Shown in pieces: positions 19,035 through 27,277 of a stretch of 64,000 nucleotides of DNA. The DNA is from an uncultured SAR86 cluster bacterium. Its GTDB lineage: Bacteria > Pseudomonadota > Gammaproteobacteria > Magnimaribacterales > AG-339-G14. A model generated the notes under the pieces. That model was not told the DNA's origin, searched no databases, and saw only the letters and a list, made by a program, of their open reading frames with translations. The position numbers and the translations under genes are program-made. The DNA is taken from contig CACIUX010000001.1 in the NCBI GenBank assembly GCA_902589965.1, positions 35,526-99,525 on the forward strand, read 5' to 3'. The first letter of the stretch is position 1; every line of letters starts with the position of its first letter.

Positions 19035-20132
19035 ATGATTACAAAAGCCGACGATTTTCCAATCCATCAGATTTCAAAACCAGTAGCTGAAACAGGAACC
19101 GAAAGAAATTTTTATGATAGATATTTTTTTAATGGGTATTCAAAAGATGAGGACATATACTTCGGTGCTGTTTTATGTGTATATCCAAATCTTAATATTA
19201 TGGATGGCTCATTTACTCTTGCATATGAAGGTAAACAATATAATTCGAGGGTATCTAGGTATCTGAACTTAGAACGTCTTGACACCAAGGTAGGTCCTCT
19301 AAGCGTGGAGGTAATAGAGCCACTTAATAAACTCAAAGTCACACTCGCTGACGTAGAAAACGACCTAGACGTTTCCATAGAATTTACAAGTAGATTTGCT
19401 CCTATGAGAGAACCCCAAATGCAACTTTTCAATGGACCAAGAATGATTATGGATACATGCAGAATGACGCAGCAAGGATCATGGTCTGGAAAAATTGTTC
19501 ATAATAAAAAAGAGATTAGTCTCGATAATGATTCTTTTATAGGAACAAGGGATAGATCTTGGGGCGTCAGACCCGTTGGAGCTTACGATAGTCAACCAAT
19601 GGTTCCTTTTTCAATGCCACAGTTTTATTGGTTATGGGCTCCAATTCACTTTAATGATTCAGCAGCACATATTTATTTTGTCGAAGACGAGAAGGGTAAT
19701 GCCAGCTCAACAATTGCTATTGCACAAGGCCCTGAGTATGAAGATGAATTCATAATTCAAGATATTAAAAAATCTGTTTCTTATCATCCTGGTACCAGAA
19801 GAGTAAAGAAAATGGAGATATCTGGAACAGATGATCATGCTAGATCCATAACAATTTCAATTGATTGTGGTATGCAGGTTTTTATGTGTGGCTTAGGTTA
19901 TATGCACCCTGAGTGGGGTCACGGACATGATAAAGGAGAATTAGCCTCTTATTTTGATGATTATGATTTAAATGATGACCCTGGAGATCCACCCTTTCTG
20001 CATGTGCAATCTGTTTCAAATGTGACGATGAAGATAGGAGATAAAAGTAAGATAGGTCGGGGTGTTTTAGAGCAACTCATATTGGGTCCCCACGAACCGA
20101 GTGGCTTTAAAGATCTCTTTGATAAACCCTAA
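19035..20132 (+). CDS. conserved hypothetical protein (365 aa)
   Basis: Long ORF with normal composition, 2 nt after the CIA30-like gene and sharing 1 nt (TAATG) with the kinase gene. Contains GTRDRSWGVRP. I cannot place it in a named family. Confidence 0.6.
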   Translation: MITKADDFPIHQISKPVAETGTERNFYDRYFFNGYSKDEDIYFGAVLCVYPNLNIMDGSFTLAYEGKQYNSRVSRYLNLERLDTKVGPLSVEVIEPLNKLKVTLADVENDLDVSIEFTSRFAPMREPQMQLFNGPRMIMDTCRMTQQGSWSGKIVHNKKEISLDNDSFIGTRDRSWGVRPVGAYDSQPMVPFSMPQFYWLWAPIHFNDSAAHIYFVEDEKGNASSTIAIAQGPEYEDEFIIQDIKKSVSYHPGTRRVKKMEISGTDDHARSITISIDCGMQVFMCGLGYMHPEWGHGHDKGELASYFDDYDLNDDPGDPPFLHVQSVSNVTMKIGDKSKIGRGVLEQLILGPHEPSGFKDLFDKP

Positions 20133-21184
20133 TGCCAGTCTCAACTGAGAAGGATTTTCAATCTAAGATTGAAAAACTCGAAAATTGGCTTGCCTCTAAA
20201 GAAGGCCCCCTCAAATTAACTCCTCATGAGTCCTCGATGGCTTCAGGTTTTTCCAATGAAACTTTTGTTTTTGATTTAGAAAAGGAGGATTCAGAGGAGA
20301 CCCTGGTTTTAAGACTCGAACCAACGGAATATCAAGTTTTTCCAAATTACGACTTGCCCATGCAAGCATCAATAATGAAGGTTTTGAGAGGAAAGAATAT
20401 GCTCACTCCTGAAGTTATTTATGAAAATTATGACGATAATATTTTAGGTTCTGGTTTTTATATTATGAAAAGCATCAATGGCTCTGCTCCTAGTGATAAT
20501 CCTCCGTATCATATGGATATGGAAGGAATGATGGGAAGGGCTACTCCAACTGAAAGACATAAGGTGTGGTTGGAATGGCTTGATCATTTATCGCATTTCC
20601 ATAATTTAGAATTTTCGAGTGATGAATTGAGGGATTGCAAAATTAACACAGAGGAAGATCCTTTGGGAATGCATTTAGACTATTATAAAAGTTTTTTGAA
20701 TTGGGGCATGGAAGGCGAACCTCATGAAATTTGTCTAAATGCTCTAGATTGGCTTGTTAAAAATAAACCGCCTCTTCAAAAACAAACTTTGTGTTGGGGC
20801 GATGCTAGACCTGGAAATGTACTTTATGAAAATTTTTCAGCAAAAGCCTTACTTGATTGGGAAATGGCTAATTTTGGTGATCCTTTAATGGATTTAGCAT
20901 GGGGATTTGCAATAGATGATGCAAATAGTCTGGCGTTGAATGTTCCAAAATTAGAAGGAACTATGGATGAAGAAGAGGGTAGGACAATCTGGGAAAATAA
21001 AACAGGGTTATCATCCGAATTTTTTGCTTACTATCGGATATTAGCTTTATTTAAGTTTTCAGTAATTATGGTAAGAGTTGCAAAACGACTAATATTTAAT
21101 GAGATAATGCCATTAGATTCTGATTTTCATGTAAATAATCACGTTGTGGCTTTTTTAGATAAGGAATTAAATGAAAACAATTAA
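20132..21184 (+). CDS. phosphotransferase family protein (APH / aminoglycoside-kinase fold)
   Basis: Catalytic loop CWGDARPGNVLY and LLDWEMANFGDPLMDLAW are hallmark APH-domain motifs. Confidence 0.85.
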   Translation: MPVSTEKDFQSKIEKLENWLASKEGPLKLTPHESSMASGFSNETFVFDLEKEDSEETLVLRLEPTEYQVFPNYDLPMQASIMKVLRGKNMLTPEVIYENYDDNILGSGFYIMKSINGSAPSDNPPYHMDMEGMMGRATPTERHKVWLEWLDHLSHFHNLEFSSDELRDCKINTEEDPLGMHLDYYKSFLNWGMEGEPHEICLNALDWLVKNKPPLQKQTLCWGDARPGNVLYENFSAKALLDWEMANFGDPLMDLAWGFAIDDANSLALNVPKLEGTMDEEEGRTIWENKTGLSSEFFAYYRILALFKFSVIMVRVAKRLIFNEIMPLDSDFHVNNHVVAFLDKELNENN

Positions 21185-21557
21185 AGAAAAAGAGATTTTT
21201 CCAGTCAATGCACAAGCGATATGGGATATTGTTTCTGATCCAACAAATTCAAGTTGGGTGCCTACCGTTGAAGAGATTTCTTTAGATGGGGACGTCAGAT
21301 CCTTCTCTATGGAGGGCATGGGAGAGCTAAAAGAAAAAATTTTAAAAATTGATCACGATAATAAAATTTTTCAGTACTCTGCTATTCAAACTCCTGCTCC
21401 AATCGAGCATCATTTAGCAACCATACAGATAAGTCCTTTGGATAATGATAATTGTGAATTCTCTTGGACAACAGAAATTGAACCTGAGATCTTCGCCGAA
21501 GGAATTCATCAAGGGATGCTTATTTCTCTCAAAGAGCTTAAAAAAATATTTCCTTGA
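21171..21557 (+). CDS. SRPBCC (START/polyketide cyclase-like) small protein
   Basis: 128 aa. The N-terminal pattern AQAIWDIVSDPTNSSWVP is typical of SRPBCC ligand-binding proteins. 14-nt overlap with the kinase gene. Confidence 0.5.
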   Translation: MKTIKEKEIFPVNAQAIWDIVSDPTNSSWVPTVEEISLDGDVRSFSMEGMGELKEKILKIDHDNKIFQYSAIQTPAPIEHHLATIQISPLDNDNCEFSWTTEIEPEIFAEGIHQGMLISLKELKKIFP

Positions 21558-22021
21558 TGGCAGGCTTTTCGGATGCATTTTTTATGCAAAAAGCCCTTGA
21601 ACAAGCTAATTTAGCTTATGAAAAAGATGAAGTGCCAGTTGGGGCAATATTAGTTAAAAATAATGAAGTTTTATCTGAAGCGCATAATTTATCAATAACA
21701 AAAAATGATCCATCTGCTCACGCAGAAATTTTATGTTTGAAAGAGGCAGGAAAGGTTCTTAATAATTACCGTCTTTTAGGGACAACATTGTATGTGACTC
21801 TTGAGCCTTGCATGATGTGTGCCGGCGCAATTATCCATGCAAGAATTAGTAGGTTGGTGTACGCAACCTCAGATGAAAAAACAGGATTCATAAATTCAAG
21901 AAATAATTTAGATGAAAATGGATGGTTGAACCATAAGTTAGATATCAGCTCCGGGATACTTGATAGAGAGTGCTCAAAGCTAATTAAAAACTTTTTTAAA
22001 GATAAAAGATCTAAATATTAA
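21557..22021 (+). CDS. tadA: tRNA adenosine(34) deaminase
   Basis: HAEILCLKEAG and PCMMCAGAI zinc-binding deaminase motifs. ATG 21557 (TGATG overlap) is preferred over TTG 21554. Confidence 0.9.
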   Translation: MAGFSDAFFMQKALEQANLAYEKDEVPVGAILVKNNEVLSEAHNLSITKNDPSAHAEILCLKEAGKVLNNYRLLGTTLYVTLEPCMMCAGAIIHARISRLVYATSDEKTGFINSRNNLDENGWLNHKLDISSGILDRECSKLIKNFFKDKRSKY

Positions 22022-22823
22022 ACTTTGTCCAAACTGGTGCGTGATCAGAAGGTTTTTCCATTCCCCTAATTTCATAATCTATTTCAGAAGAACTAATTAA
22101 ATCTTTTAAGCTTTTAGTAACCCATAAGTGATCAATTCTTAGACCCCTTTTTGGATTGTCATCGAAACCCCTGCTCCTGTAATCAAACCAACTAAAAGTG
22201 TTTTTTTCCTCAGGGTAGAGGCATCTGTAGGAGTCATATAAGCCAAAATTTTTCAAATTTTCTAGCCATTCTCTTTCTTCAGGAAGAAAACTGCACTTAC
22301 CAGTCTGCAGCCATCTTTTTCTATTATTTTCTCCGATCCCAATATCAATATCTTCAGGTGAAATATTAAGATCTCCCATAACAATTAAATGACTTTCAGG
22401 ATCAAAATCTTTTTTAAGATAAGTTATGAGATCTTTATAAAATTTTTCTTTGTAGGGGAATTTAATCGGATGATCTCTGCTTTCTCCTTGGGGAAAATAT
22501 CCATTAATTACAAACAGGGGACCTTTTTTTGTTTTATATTCCAGCCATACAAGTCTGCATTGAGCATCCTCAGGATCTGTTGGCATTCCAATGCCATGAT
22601 TTATAGGTTTATTTTTGGACATCAAGCAAACTCCGTAATGACCTTTTTGACCATTAATAATCACTTCATAGCCTAATTTTTTAATAGTCTCAAGAGGAAA
22701 ATTTTCATTATCAACTTTGGTTTCTTGGAGACCAATAATATCTGGAGAGTGCTTATCTATTAATTTTTCCAGTTGATGAATTCTGGCTCTAATTCCATTG
22801 ACGTTAAAAGATACTATTTTCAA
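22011..22823 (-). CDS. xthA: exodeoxyribonuclease III
   Basis: MKIVSFNVNGIRAR, GLQETK, GDLNISP, SDHAPV. 270 aa. Confidence 0.9.
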   Translation of the reverse strand: MKIVSFNVNGIRARIHQLEKLIDKHSPDIIGLQETKVDNENFPLETIKKLGYEVIINGQKGHYGVCLMSKNKPINHGIGMPTDPEDAQCRLVWLEYKTKKGPLFVINGYFPQGESRDHPIKFPYKEKFYKDLITYLKKDFDPESHLIVMGDLNISPEDIDIGIGENNRKRWLQTGKCSFLPEEREWLENLKNFGLYDSYRCLYPEEKNTFSWFDYRSRGFDDNPKRGLRIDHLWVTKSLKDLISSSEIDYEIRGMEKPSDHAPVWTKFNI

Positions 22824-22824
22824 T

Positions 22825-24873
22825 TTAGTTAGAATTTACTGTTAATAAGTTAGTGCTTTGATCAGCATTAAACTCTATTTGGTCTATTAAAATCTTTGCT
22901 GCCTCCTTAAGAACTAGATCATTAAACTTCTTATTTCTCTCTTCATCATCTGCATCTAAATATTCATCAAAATTTTTAAATGGCTGTAAGTCCAAATTTC
23001 TTCTTAACTCATTTTCTAGAGATAATAAATTACTTTCGTATTCATTTTGCTCATCAATTCTCTTAGCCAGATCAAGATCAATATATTCTCTAGAATCTCT
23101 ATCCTCAGAAAGACTGTTTTTCTTCTCAATGTAAGAAGTCAAAAAATTAGCGTTATTCCTATTTTTTGAATTTGTATCTGTTCTTTTAATGTTTTTAACT
23201 TGCCTAAAGTCTGTCACCCTAAGAGGTTTTATGAAATCTTCTTCAAGAGAATTATCATAAGAACTTTCCCCAACTTCTTGGCTATTAAAAACAAAGGGCA
23301 ATTCAATATCAGGAGTGACTCCTTTATTCTGAGTACTTTCCCCAGTAACTCGATAGAATTTTTGCTCAGTATACTTAAGTTGTCCATAAGGCAGTTCTCT
23401 CAATCTTTGCACTGTACCTTTGCCAAATGTCTGACTTCCAACAACCAAACCTCTTCCGTAATCTTGAATTGCTCCCGCTAATATCTCTGATGCTGAAGCA
23501 GACATTTTATCAACCAATATTAACACTGGCCCAGAGTAGTTTTGGATACCAATAGAGTGACCTAGAGGGTAAATGGAGCCATTTGAAGTCATCACCTGAA
23601 GTACATTGCCTCTTCCAAGAAATATTTTTGCAAGGCTGTAGGCCTCATATAAAGATCCTCCTCCATTACCTCTTAAGTCTAGAATCACACCATCAGAATT
23701 TTCATTATCAATTTCCTTAATAAGTTTTTTAACATCTCTTGTTGCGCTACGATAATTAAATCTATTTTTCTGATATCCCTCAAAGTCCATATAGAATGCT
23801 GGCAAGTCGATAACTCCAAACTTATAGGATTTTTCAATATCATTGACCTCAATAATTTGTTTTTTAGCAGCTTGATCTTCTAATTTCACAAGATCTCTTT
23901 TTATTTCAATAACTTTCCCATCCGCTTCAGCAGGAGAAGATGACGGAAGAATTTCTAATTTTACTATCGTTCCTTTAGGCCCTCTTATAAGTTTTACTAC
24001 TTCATCTACTCTCCAATCTCTTACATCAACTATTTGACTGTCTTCTCTTGTGCCAACTCCCACAATTTGATCATTATTCTTTATTAATCCTGACTTGATT
24101 GCAGGACCTCCTTTTATAAGTTTTGTGATTTTGGTAATTCCATCATCTGAGGTAAGCATCGCACCAATGCCTTCTAGAGATAAACTCATGTTGATCTCAA
24201 AATCTTCTGTCACCCTTGGAGACATATAATTTGAATGCGGATCATATAAGGAAGTTTTTGAATTCATTATCCAAGAAAATAAATCATCTTCAGTCAGCTG
24301 CTCTAGATTTTTTAATCTTCTATTTAATCTTTTCTTAAGTTTATTGACTGATTTTTCAAATTCTTCTTCCTTAATCATTATTGAGATTAATTCACTCTTA
24401 GCCAAAGATTCATAATAATTTTTTATCATCGAAAGAGCATTAAATCTTTCTTGATCCTTCCTATTTATGTGAATTCTTTCCGAGCTAAATAAATCAATCT
24501 CACTAAGCTTATTGATATATTGACTTTTATGGGCAAGAAGAGCTTCATAGCGTTTTTTGTAATCATTGAGAACATCAAAACCGATCTCTAATAATTCTTC
24601 ATCACCGAGATCAAAATTTTTTTTGGACAAGGAAATGTAGTTATCTACCTCCTCATTGGTAAAAATCAAATTTTGTTGGTCTATATTTGAAATTAATTCC
24701 TCTATGACGTCAGAATTTTCAAAAGTGGTATTTTTAAAAAAATGATGTTCGCCAAGGATCTTGTCAACTTCGTTTAAAGTATCTATGTAAAGGGAAGATT
24801 TTTCCTGTGCAGATACTGGCAGTATCGCAGTGAGAAAAAAGACAGCAAAAACTAATAAACGCTCAAGACCCAT
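22825..24873 (-). CDS. prc: carboxy-terminal (tail-specific) processing protease, S41 family
   Basis: Signal peptide, PDZ-like segment, S41 motifs GVILDLRGNGGGSL and SASASEILAGAIQD. 682 aa. Confidence 0.85.
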   Translation of the reverse strand: MGLERLLVFAVFFLTAILPVSAQEKSSLYIDTLNEVDKILGEHHFFKNTTFENSDVIEELISNIDQQNLIFTNEEVDNYISLSKKNFDLGDEELLEIGFDVLNDYKKRYEALLAHKSQYINKLSEIDLFSSERIHINRKDQERFNALSMIKNYYESLAKSELISIMIKEEEFEKSVNKLKKRLNRRLKNLEQLTEDDLFSWIMNSKTSLYDPHSNYMSPRVTEDFEINMSLSLEGIGAMLTSDDGITKITKLIKGGPAIKSGLIKNNDQIVGVGTREDSQIVDVRDWRVDEVVKLIRGPKGTIVKLEILPSSSPAEADGKVIEIKRDLVKLEDQAAKKQIIEVNDIEKSYKFGVIDLPAFYMDFEGYQKNRFNYRSATRDVKKLIKEIDNENSDGVILDLRGNGGGSLYEAYSLAKIFLGRGNVLQVMTSNGSIYPLGHSIGIQNYSGPVLILVDKMSASASEILAGAIQDYGRGLVVGSQTFGKGTVQRLRELPYGQLKYTEQKFYRVTGESTQNKGVTPDIELPFVFNSQEVGESSYDNSLEEDFIKPLRVTDFRQVKNIKRTDTNSKNRNNANFLTSYIEKKNSLSEDRDSREYIDLDLAKRIDEQNEYESNLLSLENELRRNLDLQPFKNFDEYLDADDEERNKKFNDLVLKEAAKILIDQIEFNADQSTNLLTVNSN

Positions 24874-24875
24874 AT

Positions 24876-25829
24876 CTAAAATTTATTTTCATTTATTAGT
24901 TTATCTTTTTTGTGCCAAATTTCATTGAGCCAATCTTTAAATTCTTTTCTTAGTCCATCATCTTCATGAAGTTGGTCATTTTTGAATTTATCAGGAATGT
25001 CCAATGACTGCACAAATATTCGTACATTGTTCATATTTCCCCTCAAGAAATCCCAAAAGCTCCTCTTTTTTGATTCGTAAATAATTGTGAAGTCAATAAT
25101 CTTATCGAGTCTTGGCATTGTTGATATTGCTGCAGCCAATCCTCCTTCTTTGGGTTTAAGCAGATTATTGAAGGGACTATTCTGATCTTTATGCTTTTGT
25201 TCTGTAAATCTTGTACCTTCTGTAAAACTAAATACAGAGATCGGATAAAGACTATACTTTTTAAAAGATCTTTTCATGGATGCAAAATCTTTGCCTCTAA
25301 GAGAAGGGTCTCTTTCTAGCTGATCTCTTGTATATCTTTTTAGAAATGGCATATCCAATGCCCACCAACATATTCCGATAACAGGGACATAAATAAGGAT
25401 AAATTTCATAAAAAATTTAAGCATAGGAACTTTTCTATTTGTAATCATTTGGACAATAAATATATCAGCCCAAGATTGATGATTAGATAACGATAGATAC
25501 CAGGATTTTTTATCCATTTCCTCAAAGCCTTCAACGGTCCATCTAGGTTTTAGAATAAACTGGATCCAAAGGTTATTTATATCTATCCATAATTCACCAA
25601 CTCTGATTATAAAACGCGTCAGAAGAAGCTTTAAGGATTGAATTGGGAGAATAATCTTAATAATTCCCGCAAAGATTAAGAAAATTGAGAGAGTAGCTGT
25701 GTTAATGCATAAAAGAAGAAAACAAAATGCGGCTTTAATATGTGAAATCTTACCCTCCCTTTTCTTCCCTCTTAATTTTTTCCCAAATAGCCGTCTGTTC
25801 CTCTTTGGTATGTTTTTTACTCTTATCAA
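24876..25829 (-). CDS. membrane acyltransferase (PlsC/YihG-like lysophospholipid acyltransferase family)
   Basis: HX4D motif in LSNHQSWADIF, FTEGTRF motif, and an N-terminal TM segment. The start is uncertain: TTG 25829 gives an 80-nt overlap with mazG (see findings). Confidence 0.7.
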   Translation of the reverse strand: MIRVKNIPKRNRRLFGKKLRGKKREGKISHIKAAFCFLLLCINTATLSIFLIFAGIIKIILPIQSLKLLLTRFIIRVGELWIDINNLWIQFILKPRWTVEGFEEMDKKSWYLSLSNHQSWADIFIVQMITNRKVPMLKFFMKFILIYVPVIGICWWALDMPFLKRYTRDQLERDPSLRGKDFASMKRSFKKYSLYPISVFSFTEGTRFTEQKHKDQNSPFNNLLKPKEGGLAAAISTMPRLDKIIDFTIIYESKKRSFWDFLRGNMNNVRIFVQSLDIPDKFKNDQLHEDDGLRKEFKDWLNEIWHKKDKLINENKF

Positions 25830-26139
25830 AAACGTAAGGATGCCTCCTAATTAACTTTTCTTTTAAATTCTCAACCACATCAAAGAAGTCAAATTCCTTA
25901 TTTTCCAGTGCTATCTGAGAATGGAAAACTACTTGAAGAAGGACGTCACCAAGTTCTTCCTTAATATTATCTGAGTTTCTCGACTCGATAGCTTCTATTA
26001 ATTCCTGTGATTCTTCTTCAAGGTATGGAATAAGAGAGGTATGATTTTGTTCAAGATCCCAAGCACATCCCTCAACAGGATCTCTAAGTTGTTTCATGAC
26101 TTCCAAGAGATGACTTACATCTTCTATGTTTGCCATCAA
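25750..26139 (-). CDS. mazG: MazG-type nucleoside triphosphate pyrophosphohydrolase (short form)
   Basis: CAWDLEQNHTSLIPYLEEESQELIEAI, ELGDVLLQVVFH, RRHPYVF. ATGA overlap with the upstream ACAD gene. Confidence 0.8.
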   Translation of the reverse strand: MMANIEDVSHLLEVMKQLRDPVEGCAWDLEQNHTSLIPYLEEESQELIEAIESRNSDNIKEELGDVLLQVVFHSQIALENKEFDFFDVVENLKEKLIRRHPYVFDKSKKHTKEEQTAIWEKIKREEKGG

Positions 26140-27257
26140 TAACCTGTCAATTCAGCGTATCTATCTTTATGAAATTGAACGTTACCAAATATCTGCTCTG
26201 CTACTCTGGCTCTCTTGAGATAAAAACCAATATCGTATTCATCCGTTACACCTATACCGCCATGCATTTGCACGGCTTCATTAGATACTAAATGGAATAC
26301 CTCACCTATTTTTGCCTTAGCCAAACTAGCTAATCTAGGTATATCGTTTGAACCTTCATCAAATGACGTTAAGGATTCCAGTACACATGATTTACATAGC
26401 TCAATTTCACTGAACATTATCGCAGCTCTGTGCTGCAATGCTTGAAAGGATCCTATCTTTGCCCCGAATTGATCTCTTTCTTTTAAGTAATTCAACGTTA
26501 CGTCAAAAGCCTCTTGAATTCCTCCAAACATCTCTGCAGAAATCACCGATCTTGAGATATCTAATACTTCTTCGATAATTTGATCTGAGCCATTTTCTTC
26601 GCCAATAAGTTCAGATGAAGAGAGCTTTAAGTCTTTGAAAGAAATATTGGCAGCATTTCTTGAGTCCACCATGGGGGTTACTTTAATATCAATGCCCTTA
26701 GCGTCTTTATTGGTAATAAAAAGAGAGGTACCTTTACCAGTATCAGCAGCAATTATTAAAAAGTCAGCAAAACCGCCATCAAGAACAAATGTTTTTTGTC
26801 CATTTATAATGAATGAATCCCCATCTTTTTTTGCAGTTGTTTCAATATTCATAGGAGAGTGTCTGCTTGATTCTTCAAGAGCAAAAGCAAGCGTTATATC
26901 TCCAGATGCTATTTTAGTTAGATACTCTTTTTTTTGATCATCATTCCCAGCTTTTTTAATTAAGCCTGCACAAACAACAGCAGTAGAAAACATTGGAGAT
27001 GGAGTCAAAGTTCTACCAAGTTCTTCAAAAATAACTCCTATTCCAGCAACTCCAAAATCTGAACCGCCATATTCTTCTGGAATTAGTATTCCCGACCACC
27101 CTAGACTGGCCATTTCCTTCCAAATTTCACGATCAAAGCACTCAGGATTTTCTGAGTCTCTAACACCTCTGAAGTGACTAACCGGAGTTTTGTTCTTTGC
27201 AAAATCTCTAGCGGTATCTTTTAAATATGATTGTTCCTCATTAAGTACAAGTGACAT
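26136..27257 (-). CDS. acyl-CoA dehydrogenase family protein (apparently lacks a catalytic Glu)
   Basis: The ACAD fold is evident (YLKERDQFGAKIGSFQALQHRAA, MHGGIGVTDEYDIGFYLKRARV). It has IFGN where MCAD-type enzymes have YEGT, and DISR where IVD-type enzymes have DLER. Confidence 0.8.
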   Translation of the reverse strand: MSLVLNEEQSYLKDTARDFAKNKTPVSHFRGVRDSENPECFDREIWKEMASLGWSGILIPEEYGGSDFGVAGIGVIFEELGRTLTPSPMFSTAVVCAGLIKKAGNDDQKKEYLTKIASGDITLAFALEESSRHSPMNIETTAKKDGDSFIINGQKTFVLDGGFADFLIIAADTGKGTSLFITNKDAKGIDIKVTPMVDSRNAANISFKDLKLSSSELIGEENGSDQIIEEVLDISRSVISAEMFGGIQEAFDVTLNYLKERDQFGAKIGSFQALQHRAAIMFSEIELCKSCVLESLTSFDEGSNDIPRLASLAKAKIGEVFHLVSNEAVQMHGGIGVTDEYDIGFYLKRARVAEQIFGNVQFHKDRYAELTGY

Positions 27258-27277
27258 TTTTCCCCCTAAAAAGCGTC

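Noticed and set aside
25750-26139. MazG as part of a toxin-antitoxin or anti-phage nucleotide-depletion system
   Set aside because: There is no mazE/mazF or other defence gene nearby. The gene sits inside a housekeeping operon and has the ordinary single-domain NTP pyrophosphohydrolase motifs.
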